Origin: Nageia nagi
Taxonomy: Eukaryota > Plantae > Pinophyta
Assembly: GCA_050084985.1 (NCBI GenBank)
Contig: JBITNC010000001.1
Location: forward strand, 134,850,001 to 134,914,000
DNA: 64,000 nucleotides
Reading direction: 5' to 3'
Shown here: in pieces, positions 12,228-23,940 of the stretch
How the letters are laid out: every line of letters starts with the position of its first letter
Position numbering within the stretch: position 1 is the stretch's first letter
Position numbers and translations under genes: made by a program
The notes under the pieces: model-generated
The model's database searches: none
The model's input: only the letters and a program-made list of their open reading frames with translations
What the model was told of the DNA's origin: nothing

Positions 12228-12320
12228 CTGTAGTTAAATCGCCAGTTCTATAGTCTGAAGTAGTATTTGAATATGACCACCCAACCCCAGCAGGGGATTC
12301 CACAAACAGAATATTCGATA
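12228..12320 (-). CDS. SCPL42: SCPL42-like exon 3
   Basis: [31 protein letters not shown]; 93 nt; AG/GT boundaries. Confidence 0.95.
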
Positions 12321-12610
12321 CTGCATGGAGAACGAGGCATCAAAAGTGATTATCACTGCTCAAATAAGTCCACACCCACAAAATTATACATTGAAACCAT
12401 GATGGAGAATCACAAGAGACACGGCCAACTACATCCAAAATTATGATTTTTCCTATGTTAACAAATCAAAACAACGTTCGCGCGTAAAAGTATTGCCTAT
12501 CAGAACAAATTAAAATCTTCAAAAGATTTTCTAAAGGAATAACTTCACAGGCATATAGACATTATTTGCTTATATTATTATCACAGAGGATAAGCAAAGA
12601 AAAGTAAAAC

Positions 12611-12718
12611 CTTTGTTCCATGATTGAGAATTTAGGCGAAGTCCTCTTCCATCACCAGTTGGATAAAATGGACCCAGCTCTGTAAATGCACCCCCTCCAA
12701 TTGAAGAGCACCCAGGAC
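12611..12718 (-). CDS. SCPL42: SCPL42-like exon 2
   Basis: ag|..[36 protein letters not shown]|gt; 108 nt; completes the WLNGGPGCSS motif in phase with exon 1. Confidence 0.95.
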
Positions 12719-13464
12719 CTGTACCACTTATCACCAGTGAGTTTACAGTCTCGTACCCATCTTAATCCTTCTGAATCAGCATCAATAAATTGAAGTAGAA
12801 AATTTAAAACTAAAGTCACCACAAATGAAAATTCCAGCATGAAAACTGCAGGCAGAAAAAAATTTAGATGGCTTAAACATGGTTTGAGCAGCTAAACTCT
12901 ACCCCAACATGCACAACTTAATCTTTCCAGACATGGCCTCAAAAGTGTCCATTTGGGTTGTGCAAGTAAACAGATGCCTCCAATTTCCAAATACAGTCTT
13001 TCCTCTCAGGATAAAAAAGAGGAAACGGTAGCTATTGAATGAGCCTCCAGAAAGGCGTTAGTATCCTGTGTAAGCATCCATGAGCCTCCTATTCCAAGGT
13101 AAAGCCGTCTTTTTTACGAGGGTGCAGAAAATCGACCTTTAGCATGTTTTTAAACCGTGGTGGGTTTTTAAATCCCTATGGAAGTTCGGACTTTTCGTCC
13201 CCCCTTAGAATATGATAAATTCTGTCAAAGGACTTCTAATAAGTGGAAAGTTTTTCTCAATTATTTTTTTTTTAAAGATTTAAAAGGTTTAATACGGAGT
13301 TAAATAAAAAAAATCGAAATTTTTATTTTAGAATGAAATGTTGGTATATTAGTTAAAACATCAAATTTTGAATTAATAGATGTGGGTTTAAATTCTTGTA
13401 ATATTATTTTACATCTTTTAATTAGTATTGTTATCCAAAAGTAATATATTTTATGATTCATGTT

Positions 13465-13705
13465 GGAGGAGTTGGTGGGTAGATGGTTAGTAAAATTTTT
13501 TGCTCAAATGTGGGATGCCTAGATTCAAATCCCATCCACTCTAACAAGTTGCACATGGAACAAAATCTTGTTGGATGGTGGTAAGTGTGTACAAACTAAG
13601 GTACAATCCCGAAGTGAATTTGAAGGAATAGATACTCCTTAATCGTGGCAATTTAACCTAAGGAAATTTCCCATAAGGGGTGGTTTCTCATAAAAATTAA
13701 AAAAA
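13465..13705 (+). mobile_element. tRNA-derived SINE-like element, about 240 bp
   Basis: A-box-like TGGTGGGTAGATGG (13473), B-box-like AGATTCAAATCC (13521), 3' TTCCCATAAGGGG, then A-rich tail; no clear target-site duplication (TSD). Confidence 0.55.
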
Positions 13706-14559
13706 TTATTGTGTTTTTGATCAATTAAGAATTATTGTTCAAATCTACATGAGGGTAATTAATTTAATACTCTCTTAACATTTTTTTATAACTCATGCTA
13801 GGTGAACCATCTTGCTTCATTTTAGTGACCTACCACTTTCTACAATCCAAGTTGGGTGACCTTTCACCTCTAACTAGTTTTTTATATAAGTGATGCATTC
13901 TAAATACAAAATAATAAGATGCAATAACATGACCTCACATCTCTTCTTAGAAATTGTTAGGATTATAGTTTTAGTACTTTTTGAATCTTTATTTTTATCT
14001 TTGCTTTTATTTCAAAATTCAATTATTACTACTTGTAATTATGAGTTGTCAACAATCATATTATGGTATGGTCATTTTTGGAGCTTTGGTTATTAGGGTT
14101 GCATCCGAGAGACGAACTTATGTTACTTATAAAATTTGTTTATTGTATTGCCATGTATGTGCATTAATGTTGCCTTAGGTGATTTTTTTTTCTTATTTAA
14201 TGGTTGCTACTTATACGGCCAACTCAATTTCATTTGAGTCATTCAAAGTTCATCATAGTGCAAGGGAAGAGACCTCATAAGTTCATTTTGAAAGTCTACC
14301 ACGAGGTAAAGGTTATATCCTAGAAGTGCTTATTCCTTTATAAGAATTTTAGAATGCATGCAAATGGCTTGAGATTCATACCCTAACTGGGTATTTTCTA
14401 TGTCGTATTCTAAATTATGCCCTCATTCATTCATGGGTTTAGCAAGTTTGGATTCCATATGGTATTAAGGTAAAAAATATTTAAAATTTTACCAAAGGGT
14501 TATTTTCTATTTCATTTTCCAAACGCCTATTAAGCTTAAAAGGTTTTGTCTAAAGGCCC

Positions 14560-16690
14560 TTGGAGGGTCTATAATTCCTTACTTATCCTTCAAGCCTATA
14601 CTTAGGACTTTACAATCGACGACCAAGTTGAATTGGAAGCTCCAGTATGGGTCAAATTTTTGGGCTTACTTATGCCCTTATGGGGTTTTTGCACACTCAT
14701 GTTACTCCCTTGGGGTTTGTGTGTAATGAGGGTATATGTCAAAGTTGATCTCTTCAAGGATTTACAAGAGTTCATTGACTTTAAGATTAGTGATCACTCT
14801 ATTTGATAATAAATTTCATACATCAATATGCAAAATACTTGTTACCATTATCAATCCTTGTATCATAAGATAAAATATTATCCTTTAATGAAATGGAAGT
14901 GTAAACATAATCAAAATCCCTTTGTCACTCCCAACATTCTTGTTAATAACGTTAAACGAGGGCAAGAGGAATAGACCATAATATCCAATAAGAAAAAACA
15001 TTAACACAAGCAACCAAAATCTACTATCTCATCCCAACAAGTTGCCTCGATAACCTCTTCAGGATTGCATTCCTCTATTGATACTTCTCCACTACCCATC
15101 TCATCTCCCTTGTTGATTGTAACCATGAAATAATTTTCCATCTCTCCCTTGACTATCACCACCATACAACCTCCTAAATACTTGCAAGTCATTCCTCTTA
15201 TCTCATCATAGCCTCAACAGCAATCTTTTTCATTCTCTTTGCAGTCAAGACCCTATTTTGCCTTAGTTGTGGTTGAAACTTGTTCCATGCTTGGTTCTTT
15301 TTCATCCTCTTCCTTTGAAGGTATTATGGATGCAACCCCAATTCATACTCCTATTGTGAAGGATTTAATTTTCAAGGTCCATCATTCTCAAAGTCCTTTG
15401 AGAGATGGAAAAGACCTTTTTTTTATAAAACATCATCAAATGGAATAAGTGCATCACTAAATGGCCACCTTGAGAAAAGATATTTAAATATCTCCAACTC
15501 CTTTAGTTCCTTGGGAGCTTTGGGAGATGAAAAATATGTCATGGATATTATGAATCCTAATCGATCCTCATGATTTTTTTCTCATGGAACATAAGAGGAT
15601 TTTCATATCTAGTCCATAAATATTTGGTTTGTAGTGAGTTGGCTAACATCTCTCACTTATATGGTAATTTTGACTTTATTTGTTTACAAGAAATTAATAT
15701 TAGTGATTTCATTTTACAATGTACCTATAATTATTTTTGGTCTTATAGTGTTGTTCATGCTATTGATCATTCTTTTGGGAAAGGTGGTATCATCAATGTC
15801 ATTGGGCCCAAGTGGTAGTCATATGTCATGACTTGGGGAGTTGACCCCTCAAACTAAGTTATCTAGAAGTTGCTTGAGATAAATTGAAATCCATTTGTAA
15901 TTGTCAATATTTATGCTTCCAATGAATCCCCTAATAGATATGCTCCTTGGCATTGGTTGGCTTTATCTTTACTGCACACCACTTAGGTTTTCTATGGAGA
16001 TCTTCATATGATTGAAAAAGCTAGTGATAAAATTAGCAATACAATATGGTGTGTGGGAGAAAGGTAATCTTGGTTCTTTATGAAAAGAAAGCTTTATTTA
16101 TTTAACCCTAACTCCTACTTCTCTCTAGCTACTTTTCCTCATGAGTTGTAGTTTACCTAGTCTAATTTCTAGAATGATGCTTCTAGAGTCCTTGAGAGGT
16201 TGGATAGAGTTATGATATCAAAGTGTGATTCTTTTTATATTTTTTTTATCTTCAATCATATTTATCTCATATGTCTTCCATTTCCAATACCACTCTTTTT
16301 GATCATGCTCCTATTATTTTTTTATCATGCTCCTATTACTTTTCTCATATTTATCTCATATTATAGAATTTGGAATCTAAGTCCAATACCTTTAAGCCCT
16401 TTAGGATGGATTCATTGATGAAACTCTACAATTCCAACTATAAGAGTTCAAGTTGCAAAGCGTAGAAAATAACTAAATTATATCCTAAAAGATGAGCTTA
16501 TTAAAGCCTGTATGCGTCTTAAATCCTCTCCTTTCTATCTTGTTTTGCAATCCCAAGCGGCCTCTTTTAGATATGAGCTTAAAAAGTTTAAAATTTATAA
16601 AGCTAAAAGAGCCCAGTTCCGAGCTCATATGCATTGGCTCAAATTGGGGAATAAAGTGTGTAAAGAGTTCTTGAAAAGGCTTAGCCTACC
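14560..16690 (+). mobile_element. Highly decayed LINE (ORF1 end, endonuclease, start of RT linker)
   Basis: APVWVKF (about 14638), MIFFSWNIRG...DFICLQE (15570), IVNIYASNE, GDL, RVLERLDRV, DHAPI, RAHMHWLKLGNKVCKEF. Confidence 0.8.
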
Positions 16691-16691
16691 T

Positions 16692-16724
16692 ACACACACC
16701 CATGCATACACACACCCACACACA
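16692..16724. repeat. Imperfect (CA)n microsatellite
   Basis: ACACACACCCATGCATACACACACCCACACACA. Confidence 0.7.
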
Positions 16725-19700
16725 TAGTGTTTATATGATATAGTTCTTTGATAATTATGATATTTAAATAAATTTTAATATGTTTAATCTCATATGTAAC
16801 TATACCAACATATAATTCATGTGAATTACTAATCAACAATAATAATAGATATAAAATATAATTGAAAAGGAACCTAAAGAAATGGATTATATCCTATAAG
16901 GGAAAATGGTAAGAAAAATGCAAGGAAGGACATATAAGAATTATCTAAATAAATAGAAATATAATATATAGTTTAGGCGAGTGAGAAAGGAATACAAAGC
17001 ATTAACAAGATATCAATTTATAAATTTAACTTCTGTCTCAAAAATTAATCTCCTTACATTAATATCTCTTAACCACAATATTTCATGTAAGAATATCCTT
17101 GCATTTAAGCAATATTGCATGACTTATAAAAGTATATTTATTTCCATTTTTATTTATTTTTTAATCTTATTTGACATGGGTAATAAGATATAAAATATAT
17201 TGAAAATAGGTGTTAATAATAGTTAATATCGACATTTGTACTATATGACATTGTTAACTAATAAGTGAAGTATTATATAAATGGGATGAGGATGGAATAA
17301 TATCAAATGATATTTAAACTATTAGTGGGTAGTTGATTGATTATGACAAGATCAATGAGGATGGGGTGAGAAAGCACTAACTAGACCTTAATAGTGATGA
17401 TGCAAATAATAAAGAAAATTATTAAGTTTAGAAGATAAAAAACATGTGTCCATAAATAAATGAAAACTAAATTCAATATCCTTTATAATAGAAGATTTTT
17501 TTTGTTTTTTATAGATCTAGGAGAATAGAGAAAAATCCATTGTAAAGTTGATAACCAAAACTACCAAGCATTAAAGAAATAACCTATTTTCTACAAGTTC
17601 AGCTAAGAGTAAATAGGTGTAATACTGATAAAGTACATATAAAAAATAAATAAGCCTTGTAATATCATGATAAGAGGATGCAAAGTAATTGATTAGAGGG
17701 AACTTCAAAGTCATATATTAAGGCATAAGATAACATGTAGATAAGTAAGAGGGTAAAATAAGTAATTAAGAACATAAAAGTATTTAATTTTTTTGAAAAG
17801 TAGGAGAATTAGAAAATGGTTGAGTTTTCATATTTCATTGGAGAAAGAGTATTTAATTTGAGAAGGATAAATAAAATGGGAGTTGAACTAATCAAAGTTA
17901 AGGTCTAATGAAGGAGAAGGTAATATTAGAGTGCGTGAAAAAGGCTTGTTAAATGCATTATAATTATAATATATCTTTATTAATAGTAAGAATAATTGTT
18001 ATTTTTATTATTATATATTATTTTACCTATTGTGATCATTTATTGGTAATGAATTGTAATTTTTTTATGTTAGATTAGATGAATCGATAGTTAGTTAAAT
18101 TATTCTTTTCCTTGTCATGAGTTCAAATTCTTCTCCTACTACCACTATAACCTTCAATTATGTCGGGGTAAACATTTTAATGTAATTGATAATGTTGGTA
18201 TGATACACCCTTTGATTCTATGAGACCTAAGAGATTTGAATTTGGGTCACTACCTCTTCATGGACATGGGTTGACTACCAAGTTAGGTCTTTAGGCCTAT
18301 TGGTAATGATTAACGTTGAGAGGAATTTTATAGCTATAGCAGGGGTGGAATGGAGAGCCAAAATATTGCATGTGAGTCTATCAATTAAACATTGACTTCA
18401 ATATTTTTAAAAAATGAATCCACTTCATTATTAAAAAAAAGAATAGTCAGCTTAAAAATATAATTTTAAAACTATATAAATATTATATTTTTTAAGAAAA
18501 TTATATAAAACACATATTAAATATAATAAATTACGCCTTGAAAATGATATCTCTCAGTGTTTTTTTTATATACAAGAAGGTATATCAAAGCTAGTTTGTA
18601 TTACTTTCATTTAATCATAAGAATTAGTAGTATAGTTCTACCCTAAGCAATAATATGAAAAAGATGGAACCATACATAAAAAAAACAAATAACTCTAAAA
18701 TATACTATTATGTCAAGAGGCATTGTACATGGCAAACAAGGGGGTGGAGAGAACCTAAATATCTATTTGATGTTTAACAATAAATCGATAATAAAAATTT
18801 AAAAAAATATATAATACCAAGCCAACTATAATCCAATTTTTTTTTACATAGTTATATAAAAACCAAATAAATTTATCAAATTTAGAAGTAGATTTCAAAT
18901 AACAAAAGAAGAAAAATTGAAGCAAATTAGATCTCAGATAACAAAAAAATATATATATTGATGTGAATATCTTCTCACACTTTTTTAATCCTCCTCCTAC
19001 AAATATGTAAGTCTACTTTTTGTGTTTCTTCTCTCAATCTTGCATAGTATAAATTTATGCACATCATAGTAGTTCGTAGTGATATAGGTGCATTTGATTA
19101 AGTGATACAATTGTAATTTGACTTTAGATGTTATTTTTCTAGGATATGTGTTTGGATAAGGAACCTTGACTATTTAATATAAAGAGTAAGGAAAATACCA
19201 TCATATATATGTGTGTGAGTGGGCCTCTCAATTTAATGGAGAAATTCAGGAAGGGATCATCTTCAAGCATTTAAAACTATTAATTAAGTTTTTTTTAGTT
19301 ATTTTTTATTCACTATATAAATGTGTAAACTTGTCCCTTGAGTTTAATCTTATGTGATTCAATGAGGCAAGGACCAATTGATGTATTTGATTAAACTTCA
19401 AACCATGAATGTAAAATTTAAAATAATTTTGGTGTCATGAGTTATAGCCTATCCATAGCTATTAGCTGGGACATTGGACAAATGCATATTTGATTTATAA
19501 AATTTTATAGCATGGATTCAATGATGTAGGGGATTGCATAGTGTCCCTTAGTGCATTGTTCTCTTATGTTATTTGCACCTATGTTTGCATTTTGTCCATG
19601 TTATCTAATATTCAAGCATAAACTTCTGACAAATGTTGAGCTTCCTTTATTCATAGGTTTATAGTTAAAGATTGAGATTTGTTTTTAAATATTTATTGGC

Positions 19701-19918
19701 AACTAGGAAAAATGATTTGTATATTAAATAAAAAGATTTATAAATTAAGGGTAATATGGATGTCCCTTCTAATCTGTTTGTTTAGCAAATTTAATATATC
19801 AAACATTTCCTATTTCTAGGGGAATTTATGTTTTGAAACATTTATGGTTGGAAGATAATTAAAATATTATTTTATTTATTGATTGAGAACTTTATTTTTA
19901 CATTAGAATTTTATTATA

Positions 19919-20080
19919 ACTAGCTTAGATATCTTAAATACATATATCTAAAAATGTTGATAGATATCAATCTCAAGGTGCTTATCTTGGAAATCATTTT
20001 TCTAAGAAAAGTAGATAGGCGCCTCTAGATTGATACCTCATACTTTTAGATATATATATCTTTAAGATATCTAAGCTAGT
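19919..20080. repeat. 162-bp foldback (inverted repeat)
   Basis: ACTAGCTTAGATATCTTAAA...TTTAAGATATCTAAGCTAGT (20 bp perfect), with imperfect pairing for about 65 bp per arm. Confidence 0.85.
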
Positions 20081-20561
20081 ACATAAGAGAGTGATAGGAA
20101 TTGGAATGTCCTCATAACTAAATACCAATAAGTTGTTAGTTTGAAGTTACTATTGAAAATGATAATATAACTCAAATAAGAATTAACACATTTTTCTATT
20201 ATTCAGTTATAGGAATCCCAACTTATGTAGACTAAATAGTCAATTGTTTTCAAATGAAGAGTAGGAAGTCAAATTTTTTAAGTGAGTGGTAGAGTAAATA
20301 AAAATTTCTACATGGTCAAGTGGCTTTTAAGTTGGTCAATTCTTTTAATTCTTTGATATGGTGATAAAGGCAAAGGAGACTGTCATAGGAATAAAATTCA
20401 AATATCCAAAGATACCTTATGAAAAAAATAGATTACCTTAGCTTGGTCAACTTTTTTAAAAGGAAACTTCATAAGATATGGATCTTGAAAGAATAAGTTA
20501 TCATAAAATACGCTTTATTTATAATTTTTTGAGCCAAAACATAAGGATAGATTATCCTTAT

Positions 20562-21196
20562 TGTAGATGCCTCAAAATGAACCTTTATGTATTTAATAAA
20601 TCATTTTAATCCCTTAACAATGTATTATCTAAAAATGGATTTAAAATGTATAAAAGAGGTGTAGGTCATGTATTTGACCCTTTTGGAATGTTCAAGGGGT
20701 CAAAATATCAAATTCATGTAGACTTGTATCATATATAAAGCCATCATTTGATGACCTATAGGATCATGAGTGAATCATGGGCTAATAACCAATTCAAGCT
20801 AATACAAGGATTGTCAATTGAAGATCATTTGAAGGATTGAAACTTACGTTGTCTATTTATATTGCACATCTATTATTATGAAAGTTTGCATGTATGTTCA
20901 TCATTTGATTATTCGCTCATCGCTACATTCTTGTTCATGTTTGAAATTTTACTCATCCTACAATGCTGATGGCACACCAATTATAGGGCATCGATAACAT
21001 GCTTGTTCATGAATGTATGCTCTATATTTTGAGCATTTTATGATTAATAGAATGAATACATAATCTAAGTAAAAATTACTGCATTCCTATTACATGTTAT
21101 TACCATATTTCTAATATATGCATCAATATTTACAAAGTAGAACAATAGTGCATTAATCAACCCCATTTGCATTAATCACATTATTTAGCATCTACA
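20562..21196 (+). mobile_element. Solo LTR (635 bp), related to the 34419-42812 family
   Basis: TGTAGATGC...GCATCTACA termini; TSD CTTAT at 20557-20561 and 21197-21201; starts TGTAGATGCCT.AAAATGA like the LTR at 34419. Confidence 0.9.
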
Positions 21197-21499
21197 CTTA
21201 TTACTTAATGGATAAGGCGAAGGTTCTTACTCCAATACGAAAAAGTCCTCGTGATATGCTAGAAATAATGATTTTCATCATAAAATTCAATTCTTTTTCT
21301 TTTGTATTTATTATTTTGTTAATTATTTTTCCTTAGTTATTTTGACTAGGTATCATTCATTCTAATTATTTAAAGAGGATTCTAAGTCATTGATACATTA
21401 CTAATACTTAGAATAATAAAACTTGTATTTGTAAGGATAGTCAAGCTATGATGTATATTTCTTTAAGAATTATTTCAATGGACATCCAAAGTCCTAGCT

Positions 21500-23940
21500 A
21501 ACTGGATCTTTTAGAGTGATAAAATTAGTAACAGATTAGAAAAGACCCAACAAAAGGAGATCTTGATCAGCGGAAGATTTAGTATATAAGTGAAGAAACT
21601 AAGAATCAAAGGAACTTCAATAAATAATAGTATTGGAGATTTGAAGGAAATTACATTAGAAAGATCTAAGGAAAAGATTTTATAGAAGAGACTTCAATGG
21701 GAGGAGACAATGTAAAGTGATAAATTAGATCCCAACAAGTCAAACATTTTAGAACTAAACAATGATGTACACAATTGAAAATTACTAATGTTCATACTAT
21801 AGTAATTCCTTGTTCGCTAGATCTAGAGAAACAAAGATAGCATAGAGCTAAAGTAGCCCAAACATCAAGAAAAATACTATGAATATAATAGAGTGGTAAC
21901 ATAAAATATTGAGTTAGAAGATATAAGTATGAAATCTAATAAAATATCAAGTACAAAATGATGTCAAGTGTGATGGAAATGATAACTCCCACTTGAAATA
22001 AAAGAGAAAGACAACCACACCAAAAATGAAGTAGTAAACTATTATATTAATGCAAATGATGGATAGCTCAAGGGGCTACCATTGAAGGGAGGTAGTTGAA
22101 TCATAAATGGAGCTTCAAAAGACCTAAATAGAGTATGAGGAAATGTATATCCTAGATGACACAACTTACAATGTATTATTATTTAGTCATATATATATAG
22201 AATTAAATATAAAAAATATATTAGTAATTAACAAAATTAGGTGGGTGTTTGAATGTCAATAATGCTCCATAAGTTTTGGCATGAAGTCTTGTGGGACTAT
22301 GGACCTCTAGCGAATACTCACGTGTGAAGGGGATGACTAAGCTTGGTGAGGTGACCACCTTCAGATGCTTTAAATGGTAAGGGATGATGAGATATTTTGA
22401 TAATTTGATCTTAATTACAAGGAGAGTGTGATAGTACATGGTGCATGTGACTCGTGTGATTTGGAACAAGTTGGAAAAACTTGGGGAATGGTGACAAGGA
22501 TATCGACACCCTATACAATTAGCTTACATATTAGTATGAGTTGTAGCATGTGCTAGATAGGTATTTGGATTTATTATAGATATTGGAGGGAGACTTCTAG
22601 AGATAACTAATGGTAGGCTTTATATTTTGATATGGAGTTCATCTTTTTCCATACATTCTGACTGGTTTGGTTGAGAAGGAAAACCATGGTAGATATTTCA
22701 TATTCTTTGGAGCCAACTAACCTACAAGTGTATGAAGGCATTAAGATGTTGGAAGAAGTTGAAAGCATCGAAAATATAAATAAATGATTTGCTTTTGCAT
22801 CCCTTGTATGATTTATTTACAAATATAATAGAGATTTATTTGACCTACATTTCTCATGGATGTTAAATTTCTTTATTCTATTTGTCAATGTATGCAACAA
22901 TGTTTAATTTGTGGCTATTACTTTAAGGTAATATTTCAATCCTTATAGATCCTTTAGTTTAGATATAACTACTACCATTCTTTGAGTACAATAGGTCATA
23001 ACTCAAAATTCTCAACCTTATATATCTCTAATTTTTGGCCTTTAGTTAACTTTGAAGATCGAGATGTCAGGTGCATCAAGCTATGTCCCATACTATTAGT
23101 CCATTCAAATAAATATGGTATTTAGCAGAGGGTAATTTTTTTTAGGTGCAACTCTTATCAAATTCTTCAAAAACCAATCAACACCAAGGGAAACAACTTT
23201 GTAAAAGGAAAATTGCATATATGATGAAATGGTAAAAATTAGAAATGTAGGAAATCAAATTAAGGTAAGGGATGAATTGACAAATAAGAGAGTTGAGGAG
23301 GTGGGTAGTTCAAAGCTCTCAGATACAAGAGGCCCAAGTTCAAAACTCTTTACCCCTAAAAGTTGAAACATACCTAAAATCCTATTGAGTTGATGCTAGG
23401 TGCGGATGAGGTGGGATCGTACCCTTGATGGATTTTAATAGCACGAATTCCCCTCAATCATGACTCTAAGCTTAAGAGTACACAGTTCCCTATATTAGGG
23501 GACAAACTCCAACAAAAAAAGGTAAGGGTACTACCTAAGAAAGACTAACAAAATAAAGTACCAAGGAATAAATGCTTTGTGTAAACTAAAGGTACACCAT
23601 TTGGTATAAATATTATTATTTTGATTTATTCAAGAGCTACTAATAAATTTTTATATATACATGTTTTAGATCAAATTGCTTTAAAAATTAAGATTTTGAT
23701 TATAAATTAGAAGGTTAAGAATGGGTCAAGCTAAGCCCAAAGAGTTACTAAGTGGTTCATAAGATTTGAAGTTAGATTATCAGGTGGCATCACTAGGATA
23801 CACCTATTTGTTGAATCTCTTTGGTCGTTTGAGCTCATATTAGGCATGGATTGGCTAAAGACCCATAGGTCCTTAGTAAATTTCCAAGAAAGGTAGATTG
23901 AATATATCAATGAAGAAGGAATATCAAAAAATGTTATAAA
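21500..23940 (+). mobile_element. Very decayed Ty3/gypsy gag-protease remnant
   Basis: GMDWLKTHRSLVNFQER (about 23843-23893) resembles a gypsy protease C-terminus; boundaries uncertain. Confidence 0.5.
23272..23518 (+). mobile_element. SINE-like insertion (247 bp) with 10-bp TSD
   Basis: TSD AAGGTAAGGG at 23262-23271 and 23519-23528; B-box-like AGTTCAAAACT; 3' hairpin TTCCCTATATTAGGGGA; A tail. Confidence 0.7.

Noticed and set aside
12652-12840. 62-aa ORF overlapping exon 2
   Set aside because: Wrong frame and mostly intronic; the real exon frame encodes [10 protein letters not shown].
13340-13545. tRNA genes (also the tRNA-like stretch near 18225-18290)
   Set aside because: Only degenerate A/B-box-like motifs and no cloverleaf; more consistent with SINE heads.
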